Of a DNA stretch of 64,000 nt, positions 1-11,314 are shown in pieces. This DNA is from Paraphysomonas bandaiensis. Its lineage: Eukaryota; Protista; Chrysophyceae. How positions within the stretch are numbered: position 1 is the stretch's first letter; every line of letters begins with the position of its first letter. The notes beneath the pieces are model-generated. The model saw only the letters and a list, made by a program, of their open reading frames with translations, was not told the DNA's origin and made no database searches. The stretch lies in NCBI GenBank assembly GCA_965644295.1, contig CBFFRP010000532.1, positions 1 to 64,000 of the forward strand, read 5' to 3'. The position numbers and the translations under genes are program-made.

Positions 1-511
1 TAGAGTAGCGTTGAACTGTAAACCCCTACATACAGCTGAATTATAAACTTTTAATTTAACTCTACAATTTGAAAATTACCTAACGGTTTTATGAATAAAA
101 CAATAACACCAAGGTAAATATAGTTTTAAGGGTACTTGTTTTACTTTAACAGAATAAAAGATGATAAAATATTTTTATAAATCTAATCTAATACGGGGCC
201 TGGTAACCGTAAATGGTAATGGCCATTATTATAATTGCCAGAACATTTTGCATTATTGCCATTATAATTACCGGGAACTGCACTACCATTAATGGCATCC
301 TATTAATGACATGTACTGCTATCTGCTATATACAGAACTGAGTGTATTAAGATAATATATAGTATCTCCTCTATACTCCAAAGAAAATTCAAACAATATT
401 AGACAACAATGTTCATGCAATTCTATTGGTACTTTGTGGCAACTTTGCTCATTATCTTCTCAATGCTATGAGTAAATAGTTTCCTGAGCAATATGCATAA
501 CAACGTAACTC

Positions 512-600
512 CCCTCAACAAAGTCGGACTTGCAACTTTTTCGTGGTGTTCTGGGGGATAAGTACCGGAGAGATTCTCTCTGGGAAACTAACATGAGCCG
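512..600 (+). ncRNA. HDV-like ribozyme fold at element 5' end (partly degenerate in this copy)
   Basis: Same P3/L3 (TTTTCGT-GGT), P4 hairpin CCGGAGAG-ATT-CTCTCTGG and CTAA J4/2 as the other copies. P2 and P3 carry substitutions. Confidence 0.55.
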
Positions 601-998
601 CAAACATAGTCAGCAGATATTCTTCTGCCCACTCATAGCCGAATGCTTGTGTGGTACAAGAAAGGGACACCAATAAGTGTCACTTGTGTAGACGTCTTTG
701 GGCCCTGACGAATAAACAGGCATCCGGGACAGGGCCCACCTGAAGGGTAACCGGGGTATTGGGCTGTCTGCTGAAGTCAAGCATCCGAGATGTTCACCTT
801 AAGAACTCCGAGCGGAATTGGTCGCACCTTGGTGCTTGCGTCGACGCACAAGCAGCTTCCGTAGCGTTAAATAGTAGGATAAAAAAAGTGTGTACTGATT
901 AGTTACAGGTAGAGGTCTAACTAGTTTGTCTAGCATTCATCTAGCTACTAAGTTGGTGCAGGTTTTTAACGCCTATTGCTAATAATAAGACTTTCAAT
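512..998 (+). mobile_element. Ribozyme-headed non-autonomous retroelement, short form, copy 1
   Basis: Begins CCCTCAACAAAGTCGG and ends GCTAATAATAAGACTTTCAAT. Flanked by direct repeat ATAACAACGTAACTC (497-511 / 999-1013). Near-identical to 47034-47544. Confidence 0.92.
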
Positions 999-1304
999 AT
1001 AACAACGTAACTCATATACCCAAACACTCTAAAAAGATCATTGAAAATATGCATATTTTACCTAGAAAACATTCATAAAAGTACTATTTTCCTCCAAACT
1101 TGAAAGAAGCTACAGTACACATCTAAACAAAGTTATTATACTCTATGTATTTATACCATATATTAAACAACGATAATGGCCAAAAAATGGATGGTAGTGT
1201 AATTTATAGTCTGGGTCTTCTTCCGAGTGGTTTTATAGAATCCTCTGTATCATTTTTTTCGTTATGCAACGATCTTCTTAAACAAGATATAAAGCGAGCT
1301 CGAC

Positions 1305-1544
1305 TTGGTACCTATTACCTATGAGTCCAACTACCGCTGCTTGCTTCATATTGAAGCACAATCTGATGTTGTTGAGAGGCTCTATTGTCGTGCAAAGTTG
1401 ATTATGACACCTGATCGTAGAAACATGAATCCATATCGTCTAGAATCGTTGCTATTCCTACGTGCCAATTACATTTTGTGGGATGCTTATACCCTCCATG
1501 AAGCCCTGCAAGATCCTGATGTGCCAGTGGAGAGCGAGAAGTAG
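1305..1544 (+). pseudogene. hAT transposase C-terminal dimerisation-domain remnant
   Basis: SDVVERLYCRAKLIMTPDRRNMNPYRLESLLFLRANYILWD matches the hAT pattern S..VERLFS.A......R....P..LE.LLFL..N..LW. Lies inside the TIRs. Confidence 0.8.
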
Positions 1545-2059
1545 TTACAATTCGTAGTTTGATATTTAACTAAAAATTAGTAATTAAGAGAGCACCACAT
1601 TATCTACTATGAACGGTATTATCTACTTTAAGTTAGGAGGTATTAATATTTGCCGGGACATTTTTCATTATCGCCATTATACCTGCCGGGAACTGGACTA
1701 CCATTAATGGGCCATTAATGGTTACCAGGCCTTGCTCTAATAGATTATGCTATTAGTCCAAATACTGTACTCAGGTTAATGGCGTTTCCACTCCAGAGAT
1801 GAATTTTAAGTTACAACGCCATGGTCGCCTGCTCCGTCTTTCTACGAAACAATATGGGACGGCATTATGGCTGATTCCTATCATGCTGTTGTTTTGCAGA
1901 AACTCGGAACAGGTGATGCTCTTGTTTCTGATAAAGCCTACTCTCTAAATGGATTAATCTCATTTCTAATAGCTTCTACCTGCAGATAAAATACCTGCGG
2001 CTAATATCCGAAAACAAAGATCTTCGGCTGAAGGTAGTAGCAATTAGAATAGAGATTTA

Positions 2060-3050
2060 TGTAATGTACCGATATCCTGGAATTTTACAGTGAACACTGA
2101 AGAATTTCTAGATTAACTATATCCTTTGTGGTGGAGAATTGCATCAATCACATGCTAGTCATGATCCCTGCAGGCCATGTTATAAGCAGTGTCATTGGCA
2201 CCCACAAAGAGTTTAACACAATGAACATCAACCTCCACTACTTGTCCAGTCGCCAAATTTCTACCATCAATGTCAGTTTATTTTGAGAAAAGATCTTGAA
2301 AGGGATCACGTAATGATGACACATCTTGGGCTATACCTCAGCATCCTAATCGAACAATATAGATCACCTGCTTATATGTGTTCTTTTTTTCGAACGGCAT
2401 TCCTTCACTACCAACACTCGCTCCAGACGTTGTTGCTGATTAATGTGTGAAGCTTCCTGAGCTCACGAATGCTATCATTGAAACGACGCATCCGAGTCAG
2501 TGAATCCTCGGAAAGTGAATTGGTTTCCACATGACGGACGCTTGTCCTCCGACCAAAAAGTCAATTCGAACTGTGAGAAACCGGTCTCAGATGATACTCA
2601 GAGTTCAGAATATATTGTACAATGGGAATCTGTCTGGGATATTCGGACACAGTATTGTGTTCGCGATGTTCACTTGCATCATCCACGAGTTCACGTCAGT
2701 GACGAACTACTTCACAAATGATACATTCCGACCCATTCTCACGTATTTTTGCAATACTGAACGTATGTCACAGCTCCATGTATTCAGTGAATTGTTTGAA
2801 CAAGTCGGAAGTGATGTCAGGGCCTTGGTGAAATTACTCTGTCAGTATGACCATTTCACGATGACAATTTCAAAGGTGTGACTGCTTCTACTGGCTCCAA
2901 GAAAGCTAGCTTTGTAAAAAGTTCACTACAACATTGATATGCGTGTAGCCCTCTTCGCCACAAGGAGTAATCACAACAGCATCAATGGCGATGGCACTAC
3001 GAGCACCAGGAGGTTTGAGACTATGTACAATAGGAATACGCTCTTCCGAC
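2060..3050 (-). pseudogene. Degenerate Ty3/gypsy integrase with C-terminal chromodomain-like segment
   Basis: Manual minus-strand translation, broken by stops and frameshifts: HSLKPPGARSAIAIDAVVITPCGEEGYTHINVVVNF..KLAFLEP; GHTDRVIS/QGPDITSDLFKQFTEYMEL*HTFSIAKIRENGSECIICEVVRH*RELV (integrase core); RNLATGQVVEVDVHCVKLFVG...HVIDAILHHKG...FTVKFQD. Confidence 0.8.
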
Positions 3051-3903
3051 ATTGCTAACGGGCTTTGATTTATGTTCGTCAATTAGAGAGGGCAAAGCTG
3101 CACGGGTACGCCTCAACAAATTCCACTTCGAGGCTGTGGAAAAATTCATCTCTAGTGTACGCATTTGTACTGTATTCAACTTCATTTCAAGTATTTACAC
3201 ATGCATCCCACTAGAACGCAATAGACAATCCCGAATCAGACCATGTGCATTTAGTTCTTCCGGATTAGCAGTTGTAGCACACCAAGTTACCTTTTCCCCA
3301 AATTTCATACATAGCTACTAGGTGGGGAGTTTAAACTAACAAGTCTTTGATATTTCTCAACACCTCTTCCACGTTCTGGTTCTAAAAGGATGTTCCCACA
3401 GCTCATGATAGTGAAAAATATGCCTCAGTCTAAGTTATGTATTCCGTCAATATGACAATTCTGCTAAAGTTCACTCGACTATATGCACGTGCACAGAAAT
3501 CAGATAGGATAAAATTTCTACAGCACGAAAACAAACATTCTAGTCAGAACGTGTGCAGCTTATAGCAAGCGTAGTAATGCGGTGGGGATTACGCGTCTTG
3601 ATATTTATCACTTGCAAGCATGAGGAGAATAGAGAAGCTCATCACACAACCGCTCCCAATACTATACGATTTAGCTGAGAGGCACCATAGTGCTCATGAC
3701 TGTGTTGCTCTTCTTCTCCCCTTCTATAACCTCATGGAGGGTTAATCGTCCTCCATCTGTAGTGTGGATGTGGTCTGGTTGTGAAGTGTGACGATTGATA
3801 GGGAGTGTTTGACAGTTCGCTCTACTCGTCTGACATATGAAGCACAGATCAGAGCGTTACCCACCAAGATATCCAGTCGTAGTACAATAAGAACCCCCCC
3901 CCC

Positions 3904-4217
3904 TGTTCAGTCCTGTATGCGCCACACTGTCACTTGAGATCTCATTAGCAGACATGTCATTGAATGAATCACTCATTGCGGCCTATGACGCCACATCGCG
4001 CATGTCACTCATGCAAACCGTGTCACTCTCTACTTCTAGACTTGTCCGCCTGCAATCCATATCACGAACTATCCGTTCCCAATATGTTCCGGCTACAAAC
4101 GGACGTAGGCAACGTTCAAACTATCCGTTCCTATGTTCCGGCTACAAACGGACGTAGGCCACGTACAAACTATCCGTTCCCAATATGTTCCGGCTACAAT
4201 AATTGTAAGCTACAACA
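3904..4217. mobile_element. Putative LTR-like segment
   Basis: Bounded by TGTT...AACA, lies upstream of the minus-strand gypsy relic, contains a tandem repeat. No second LTR or canonical PBS seen. Confidence 0.3.
4067..4199. repeat. ~50-bp tandem repeat, 2.6 copies
   Basis: Unit AACTATCCGTTCCCAATATGTTCCGGCTACAAACGGACGTAGGCAACGTTCA at 4067, 4119 and 4168. Confidence 0.9.
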
Positions 4218-4298
4218 ATGCTGAATTCAGAGAGTCGTGCAATCTGACATTCTCGCACAGTGTCTGCAGAGCATCGAGCTTTCTTAGGTCTCAACATC

Positions 4299-5606
4299 AT
4301 GGCGCATATTATAACTGCATTCGTGTGGTCATTCGTTATGATATTGACCTCCGTGACTGCGGGATTTGTAAGGTATAATGTTTTTTCAGGAAGTAGCGAT
4401 ATGCTGGCCTATCTCAACGCGGTTTCCACGGGGGTATTGCAGTTTATCTTTACTGTTTGTGTCTGATAGTTGCTCAGGTGATTTTGGCGGCAGCCTTTAC
4501 GCATTTATTACCAGATGCTATAAATAATTTGGAGATGTACACATATCCAGTAGCTTGCGCATCATCACTCTGTGGGTTTCTATTGCTTGTGATTGTTGAG
4601 ACACTTCTTACGTATAACACACTCGAAATTGAGCACAAGGTGAATGACAAATATATCAGTTCGTGTTTTTTGTTGTGTAATGTTGCGATTTCTAGGCTGC
4701 TGAGCACTCCCACAGTCGGCACGACTGCTCTATTCATAACGACGAGAAGGGTTCGTCCCCTGTCCACAGCTTTTTGAGTAACGGTGTTCCATCTAGTGCT
4801 TTTCCAAAGCTTCAGCCGCGACGTGCAGCAAGCGAGAACACTGCTTGTTATCGCCGTGTGAGACGTAATCGCTCCGCTGGTGACCTCTCTAGCCCTTCTT
4901 CGCAGCCTTTCAAATCGTATGGGGCAGTCGAGTTACTAACCCCTGTGGAATCACAGACAAGTGACACAACGACTATATTAGATTATGCTATACATTCTCA
5001 TAGTCATAGTCACTCTCATGCCCATGGGCACAATCATATCCACGCACAATCTCACGGAGGCAAAACCGGAGACGCTCCCGCCACCCATGCAGCGGTATAT
5101 ACATTCTGGCTCGCCCTTGTTATCCACTCCACCATGGAAGGGTTCGGAATAGGGGTAGCGGATACATTCATTGAACAGTCCACTCTAGTTGTAGCGATTT
5201 TGATTCATAAAGTTTTCGAATCTATTGCTTTAGCCGGACTGCTAATTGACTCCCACTTGCCTTACATATCGTCATTTCTTATGTTTGGGACATTCGTACT
5301 AGCTACACCTAGTGGAGCAGTAATATCCGCCGTTGTAGAGTCATACGTTGTGTCTGATGATGGAATAACCAGTAAAGTGGTGTCTGGAATAATTACAGGC
5401 CTTGCTTCTGGCTCCTTCATGTAAGCTGTCCTCGTCGATATGTTTAAATCTCTTGTCACGCTAATTTAATACTGAATGTGTCTAGGTATATAGGGACAAT
5501 GGAGATGCTTCCCCATATGTTGAGTACTTGCAGAAGCATGCTGGTGGGGATGACATTGTTTGTGCTGTCAGCTGCTATTATGGCTGCCCTAGCAGCTGTT
5601 GTATAG
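4299..5606 (+). CDS. ZIP-family zinc/iron transporter (4 exons)
   Basis: GVILAAAFTHLLPDA, His-rich loop HSHSHSHSHAHGH, LVIHSTMEGFGIG, AILIHKVFESIAL, GLASGSFMYIGTMEML. Introns 4434-4477, 4640-4695, 5421-5485. Confidence 0.93.
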
Positions 5607-6854
5607 TACCTGTGATAAAACACTCATATAGAACCAGTAGTAAAAGTGGAATTATAAAGTATAAAAACGGATATTAGCCTCAACCCGTTCACTGATATTT
5701 GTGCTAATGTGATCTAGCTCTGTCTCTAGGTTTTGGTATCATAAGATATATCTAGGCTTTGATATATATGATATATGGTAGTAATTTCAGTATAGTTCTT
5801 AGAAAAGAGAGGAACGGAATCATATATAATCTTTCATTGATGTTTCTTTCAACAGTGCGCTACGACACATATGTTCTATGATACATGTTCAATTATTGGG
5901 AATATAAAAATACAAGTGTAGTTCAATGAATATGACTTCCTTCTCTCTTTTCCCACTAATCATTGAGAAAACTATGAACTGAAATCCTTCGCAAGTGCAG
6001 AGAATATGTATCTCTACACTCTGTAATGTTTTCCACATATCGTGGCATTGATAAAGCTCAAAGAGGGTAAAAATATGTGAATGCTGCTATAAGAGTATAT
6101 ATTACAACTTACAACCGTAATCGTAATTCTCTCTCGGAGATTCTCGAACAGTTTAGTCTTCAATCTTTTTCCTTCATCACTTTTGGCCAGTAGCTATGAA
6201 TTATATGATAGCAGACTGCATGGATGAGAGTGTATACACAATAGATTTGTGTATACACCACAGTGGAGTATAACGTAAACAGATGGGCGTCTACAAAGAA
6301 CTGTGACTGTATGGGCGTTTCATTTCCGTAGATACTACACATGTACTTTGGAACAAATATCCCGTTGTATGGAGTAATTACTATACTGGAAAGGAAGGAA
6401 GGCCGACATTAGCGTTTCTAATAGGCGTATATATCAAACAAGCGACGTACGAATATTAGTCTCGCAGCCCACTTGGCATGGGCCGCAATAGGAGATTCAA
6501 TGCATTACAGACAGTACATATTTTCCCCGCCGACATAAGCGCTTGATGTACATATCCTCCAGTGCATCATCTTTGTTGGTGTACTCTTCAGTAAGCACCA
6601 AACTTCAGTGCGCAATCTTGACCTTTAGATGTGATTGGCTGCCTCGAGGCAGTGTTTGTACCACAACTTGCGAAGTACATGCCTGTGCAGGGGGGTGATG
6701 TCTCGCATTCCACTTGGTAAGGGCCGCCGTAGAGGATTCAATGCATTATTGACAGCGTCCGTGACAGTCTTTACTCGGTACTATATCAGGTTCCCCGTAT
6801 GTACCTGTCTGAGCCCCTCACTGAGTCCCGCTGTGCAAAGTTGTGAGCTCCTTG

Positions 6855-9581
6855 ATGACTGACTCCTTGATGATCAGGGAAGGATTTCAGAATAGTCTCT
6901 CGATCCTCCTCCTTTTGAGCGTGTGCAATGAAAAGGTTCTCAATGCATCCGTTTGCTTTGAAGTGCAATACGTCTGCTTTTTGCAATATAAAATCCCTGA
7001 TATTTTGAGTATATGTTTGGGTTTTATCTCGTTGCTAGACTGTATCATGGTTCAGGAGCAGGTGATGAAGTGCACCAATAAAACAACTAAAAAGTATATT
7101 ATATCACTGCCATTGGTTAAAAACAACTCCCTTTCCAAGTTCCTCTTCAAGCAGCCACTGTACAGGAGCGAGCATCATATGACCAATAAGAAGAATGGGA
7201 GTGCTGTAGAAGTGAGTGATGGCTGCTTACATGTATGTATAAGTGTGTATCTCCTATAGATAAGAAATCTCCGCACTATTGTATATTCCCCTCATACGAA
7301 TTCGATAAGCACTGCGGATAAATGGACAATAAAGGAGAGGGCTATACTGTGTTTGTCGCACTACACGTGGTTGAACTCCTTCTGAAGGCCTTCCAGGAGC
7401 TGCTAAACGACCAGAGGATCTCCTGTCATAACATCATTCTTCAAACTACCAAACTAATTGATATATTACTCTCTACCTATGCCGACTCCGAAAGTCCGAT
7501 TCTCCCCATGCTTGGGACATTGTCGCAATCTCTGTCACAGCTAGTTATCATGCCGTTAAATAAAGAGAATGGTAGTGTACAGTCAATGTCATTGGATCGC
7601 CCGCCTGTTCAACCAGATACCGTTAGTCGGATAGCATTTGGTAGTATTATCGGAAGTGACGATGCTAAACAAGCATTATATGAAAATGTCGTCCTGCCCT
7701 TGTCACTTGATAAATGTGTGAGAGAAAAGATATTTCAGGGAATACGTTCCACTGCTGGCAATGTATTATTATATGGCCCGCCAGGTGTGGTAATTTATAT
7801 GAAGCAATGGTTATACATTTGCCTCACCGTGATTTACAGGTACTGGGAAAACATGTTTGGCTCAAGCTGCTGCATGTGAGTCGAATTCTGCTCTTTTTTC
7901 TGTCCGTCCGTCAGAGGTTTTAAGCAAGTTTCAAGGAGAAAGTGAAAGGTACATAGCGAGCTTGTTTCAAACAGCGAGAGAGGCTGATCGCGCGGTCTTA
8001 TTTTTTGATGGTGGGTAGATTCCTTCACGGTTGATAAACAACAAGCAGAGGAGCCTTTTAACTTGTATTATATGCTTATATAAATTCTGCATGAAACGTT
8101 TACTTTGTGTTACATCAGAGTTCGATTCTCTTGCAACATGTAGAGGATCGGGTGAGGACTCATCTCAGCACCGCAGACTACTGGCTGAGCTCCTCCTCCA
8201 ACTAACTCGCCACAAACAGATTAGCACAGCAGATAAAGATGCAGGTAGAAGAACTACACTGCATTGCAGATGTATGAATCACGATTGATCGTTTCAATAT
8301 TTTTTATAGTTGTAGTACTGTGTTGGTTATGATGCTCGGTTGTAATATATTTACTAAGTTTCTCATACTTTTCTCTAATATATTTATTCTGTCGTAAAGT
8401 CACATCATATACAGTTATTTGATTTTGATGTTCTATCCTAAGCGTATATACTGTCAGGTGCCGTCGTTGTTATTGCTGCGACCAATCGTCTTCAAGATCT
8501 TGACGAAGCTATTCTTAGAAGGTTTGATTGTAAGGTAGATACTGTATTTGAACGTAAATGATGAATATAAATATAAACTGTCACATAATAGTTACACACT
8601 ACGGCTATATAGTACGTGTAGTAGTAACGTGTAGTGCATGACACATTACTCTTTACTGACGTTTGTTGTATAAAGAAAAATCTCATATGGCGTTATAACC
8701 TAGGTTTATGTTGGCGCACCATGTGGTAATTATCGCCGTCAAATGGTTCTCTCCTTCTTAAGTGGCATATGGCATACCTTGACATCTTCGGACCTCACTT
8801 GTATATCCCAATATACTGATGGGTGGACAGGATCGGAGATACAGGTACACTTATCAATAAGTGCGATTCATTGGAACGTAGCATTTACATCCACGTCCGC
8901 AGCTGTGACAATGTTTTCTCTACTATTTGTATGATGTATAATTTCAAGCTCGTAGTGTGCTGTAAAACAAAGTTGACATATATATAAAGCTAACTGCTAT
9001 GTATTTTTGAGGACAGAGTCTCTGTCGAGAAGCAGGTATGAGCGTATATATACGCTAGAACTTACAGTGATGGATCTAGCTATGATTCCGGTTAGGGAAG
9101 AACTCCCGTTTAGACATTCGGTGTCAAAAGAGTATACAATACATTCGTATACTCGATGTCAAAGTACCTCAATATCTGGAGAAGGGATAAATATACGGGC
9201 TGTTTCTATCCATGACTTTGGTGAGTCAAACTTCTGTTTTCATACTTTTCTTTTTACTACAACTCGTGACTTCTATAGTCTTCCATATATCAGATATAAT
9301 GCCCAAACCATTTTTTGTGTAGATACGCTAGAACGTTGTTGCACTTGCGTTCTGTTTTCACCGTTGTCATTATGTCTTATATTAGCCAATTATCTTTTGC
9401 GTACGGAATGTGTATTGTATTAAATACATCATTCACGATGCACGTGTACACGAAGTTGCCTAAGATTAACCATCATGCAGAGTGTGCTAAAGCCATCTTG
9501 ATGCAACCACACTTGGTACTCACAGAGGAGCAGCCTGAAAATGAAGTTGGTCACTTCGCAAATGGAGATTCAACTCGATAG
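6855..9581 (+). CDS. AAA+ ATPase, spastin/katanin/fidgetin/VPS4 clade (multi-exon; start uncertain)
   Basis: Spliced GPPG|TGKT Walker A, EVLSKFQGESER pore loop, VLFFD|EFD Walker B, VVIAATNRLQDLDEAILRRFDCK, TDGWTGSEIQ|SLCREA|AMIPVRE. Confidence 0.88.
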
Positions 9582-10526
9582 GGAATAAATGCAGTACATT
9601 GGTAGCTTCTTTTGTGAAAAGTGATGCTCTAGTTTAATTACGGTATCGGATTTTTCTGTCGAAGCAATTGCTCGAGCAATTGTTTTACTTTTTACGATAT
9701 CGATTATCTATATTTAAAGATTTCAACCATACTTTTATATTAGAAAGTTATATGCTACAGCTGATTTGCTATACTATGAATCACTTATTATCATGTTGTC
9801 TACTGGATATTTGCTGTATATAACTCTAGCGTCATTGATCTTGAAGTGAATAAGCTCACAGAACTTCTTATGTCCGATGCCCAAGTGGTGGGGGAAGATG
9901 CTGCAGTTGTTGAATACTGTCATTTATTATGTTATCTAAGATGATCAACATTCAGATAGCTACTTCAGCAAATTCGTAGCATGATTTCGTCATGAATACA
10001 AACATTCAGACGACTTTTGGTGCATTCATCCTACAGTGTCAAAGTACAAGAACCTTTGTTTAGTTGTTTAGAGCATTCTAATTAACTTATTAGGGGTTAG
10101 GGGGACATTATACTAAACTTCTTGACAATTAAAAGTACGTCACGTTTTTTGAATTATAGCCGTTCCTTGAATATTGAATACAACAAGAGTGTTATACGTT
10201 TTGAGATAGTTTAGACTAACTGACATATATTAACTGCATTAGATAACATTGATTGTTGCAGGAAGAATACGAATTTAGTGAATCACGATGAGCGATGCGT
10301 ATTGATCACAATTTTAATAACTGATTATTGTGTAAGTTTCGGGTAGTAAAACTCCTCAAGAATTGAGCAAAGGTGTTTTCGCGAAAGCCGTTTTGCTTTC
10401 GTGAAAATACCCACCGTGCGTATACGGATGCGAGAAAAAGTGTCAGGTGTTTTTCGACACACCTCTCAAACTACGCACAATTCATCGTATACGACACCAA
10501 AACAGATAGTACCCTATTCAGAAGCC

Positions 10527-11000
10527 ATGGGAATGAGTCGATGGTTTGCCTTTGTCTTAGTGCCTATGGGTGCTGCTGCCACTCACATGGTTCGAGGGCC
10601 CGGAGGACACAGACGACGTAATTGTCAGTGTGCATTGGATGAGATGGAAGCCATGTCAGAACCTCATTCTTTGCGATATAGCTTGCAATGCTACGTGAGA
10701 ATATCATAAATGTTGATGATAGTTCTGACTTGTGTGCAGTTTTAGCGGGTTACTTTGGTACTGATATGGAATACGATCTGCATTGGCAACACGCCAAATA
10801 TTCATGAGGATGTCCAATTTCTCTAAGAGTCCGTCTGTCAGCAGCTTTGCGTTGGCTGGCTGGCGTGTCTTACTTAGATATATGGTTCGAGTTTGGTATG
10901 AATTATGATTCTATCTATCAACACGAGGGGGTTCTTCGGGGTATACTCAATGCTCTGGATGATATACGTGTCATTGGCTTTCCAAAACCATTTGAGGCAT
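10527..11000 (+). pseudogene. PIF/Harbinger-like transposase N-terminal fragment
   Basis: LRVRLSAALRWLAGVSYLDIWFEFGMNYDSIY...GVL resembles the Harbinger/HARBI1 helix-turn-helix region (L..ALR.LAGGSY.DI...FG). Frame broken and no DDE core follows. Confidence 0.55.
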
Positions 11001-11314
11001 TGTGTTGTTGCTGTGTGAGGATGGGTGTACTGTACTCGACAGTCTACATGTTTCGGGGTAGTCAGGCCCTCAACAATTCGATATTGTTATGACTGCTTTG
11101 ATCTTGTTGTCATTGCCGGCTGAGATGGAGACCTCAAGATAGTGGCAAGTATACAGCAGGTATACAGTAGGTATACGTAGGTTCTCTTGTCGACAGAGGT
11201 GCAGAACGATCGAGACATATGAAGAACACAGCCTCAAGTATGTATCATGATTGAACAGCTGATGGTATCAGTGCGTTTGTATTCCTCTAATCTGTAGGTG
11301 TTATCTGCACCTGT

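Larger units (their letters stand above)
194..1734. mobile_element. Non-autonomous hAT DNA transposon, carrying a nested retroelement
   Basis: TIRs CGGGGCCTGGTAACCGTAAATGG (from 194) and revcomp CAAGGCCTGGTAACCATTAATGG (to 1734). 8-bp TSD ATCTAATA (186-193) / CTCTAATA (1735-1742), 7/8 match. Subterminal CCATTA repeats and an internal hAT C-terminal remnant. Confidence 0.85.

Noticed and set aside
700-760. CTGACGA hammerhead-like core inside the retroelement
   Set aside because: No correctly placed GAAA, stem II or NUH could be built around it.
4067-4199. CRISPR-like repeat
   Set aside because: Contiguous tandem units without unique spacers, no cas genes, eukaryotic context.
10089-10104. TTAGGG-like telomeric seeds (also ~48484-48497)
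   Set aside because: Only 1-2 imperfect units; expected by chance.
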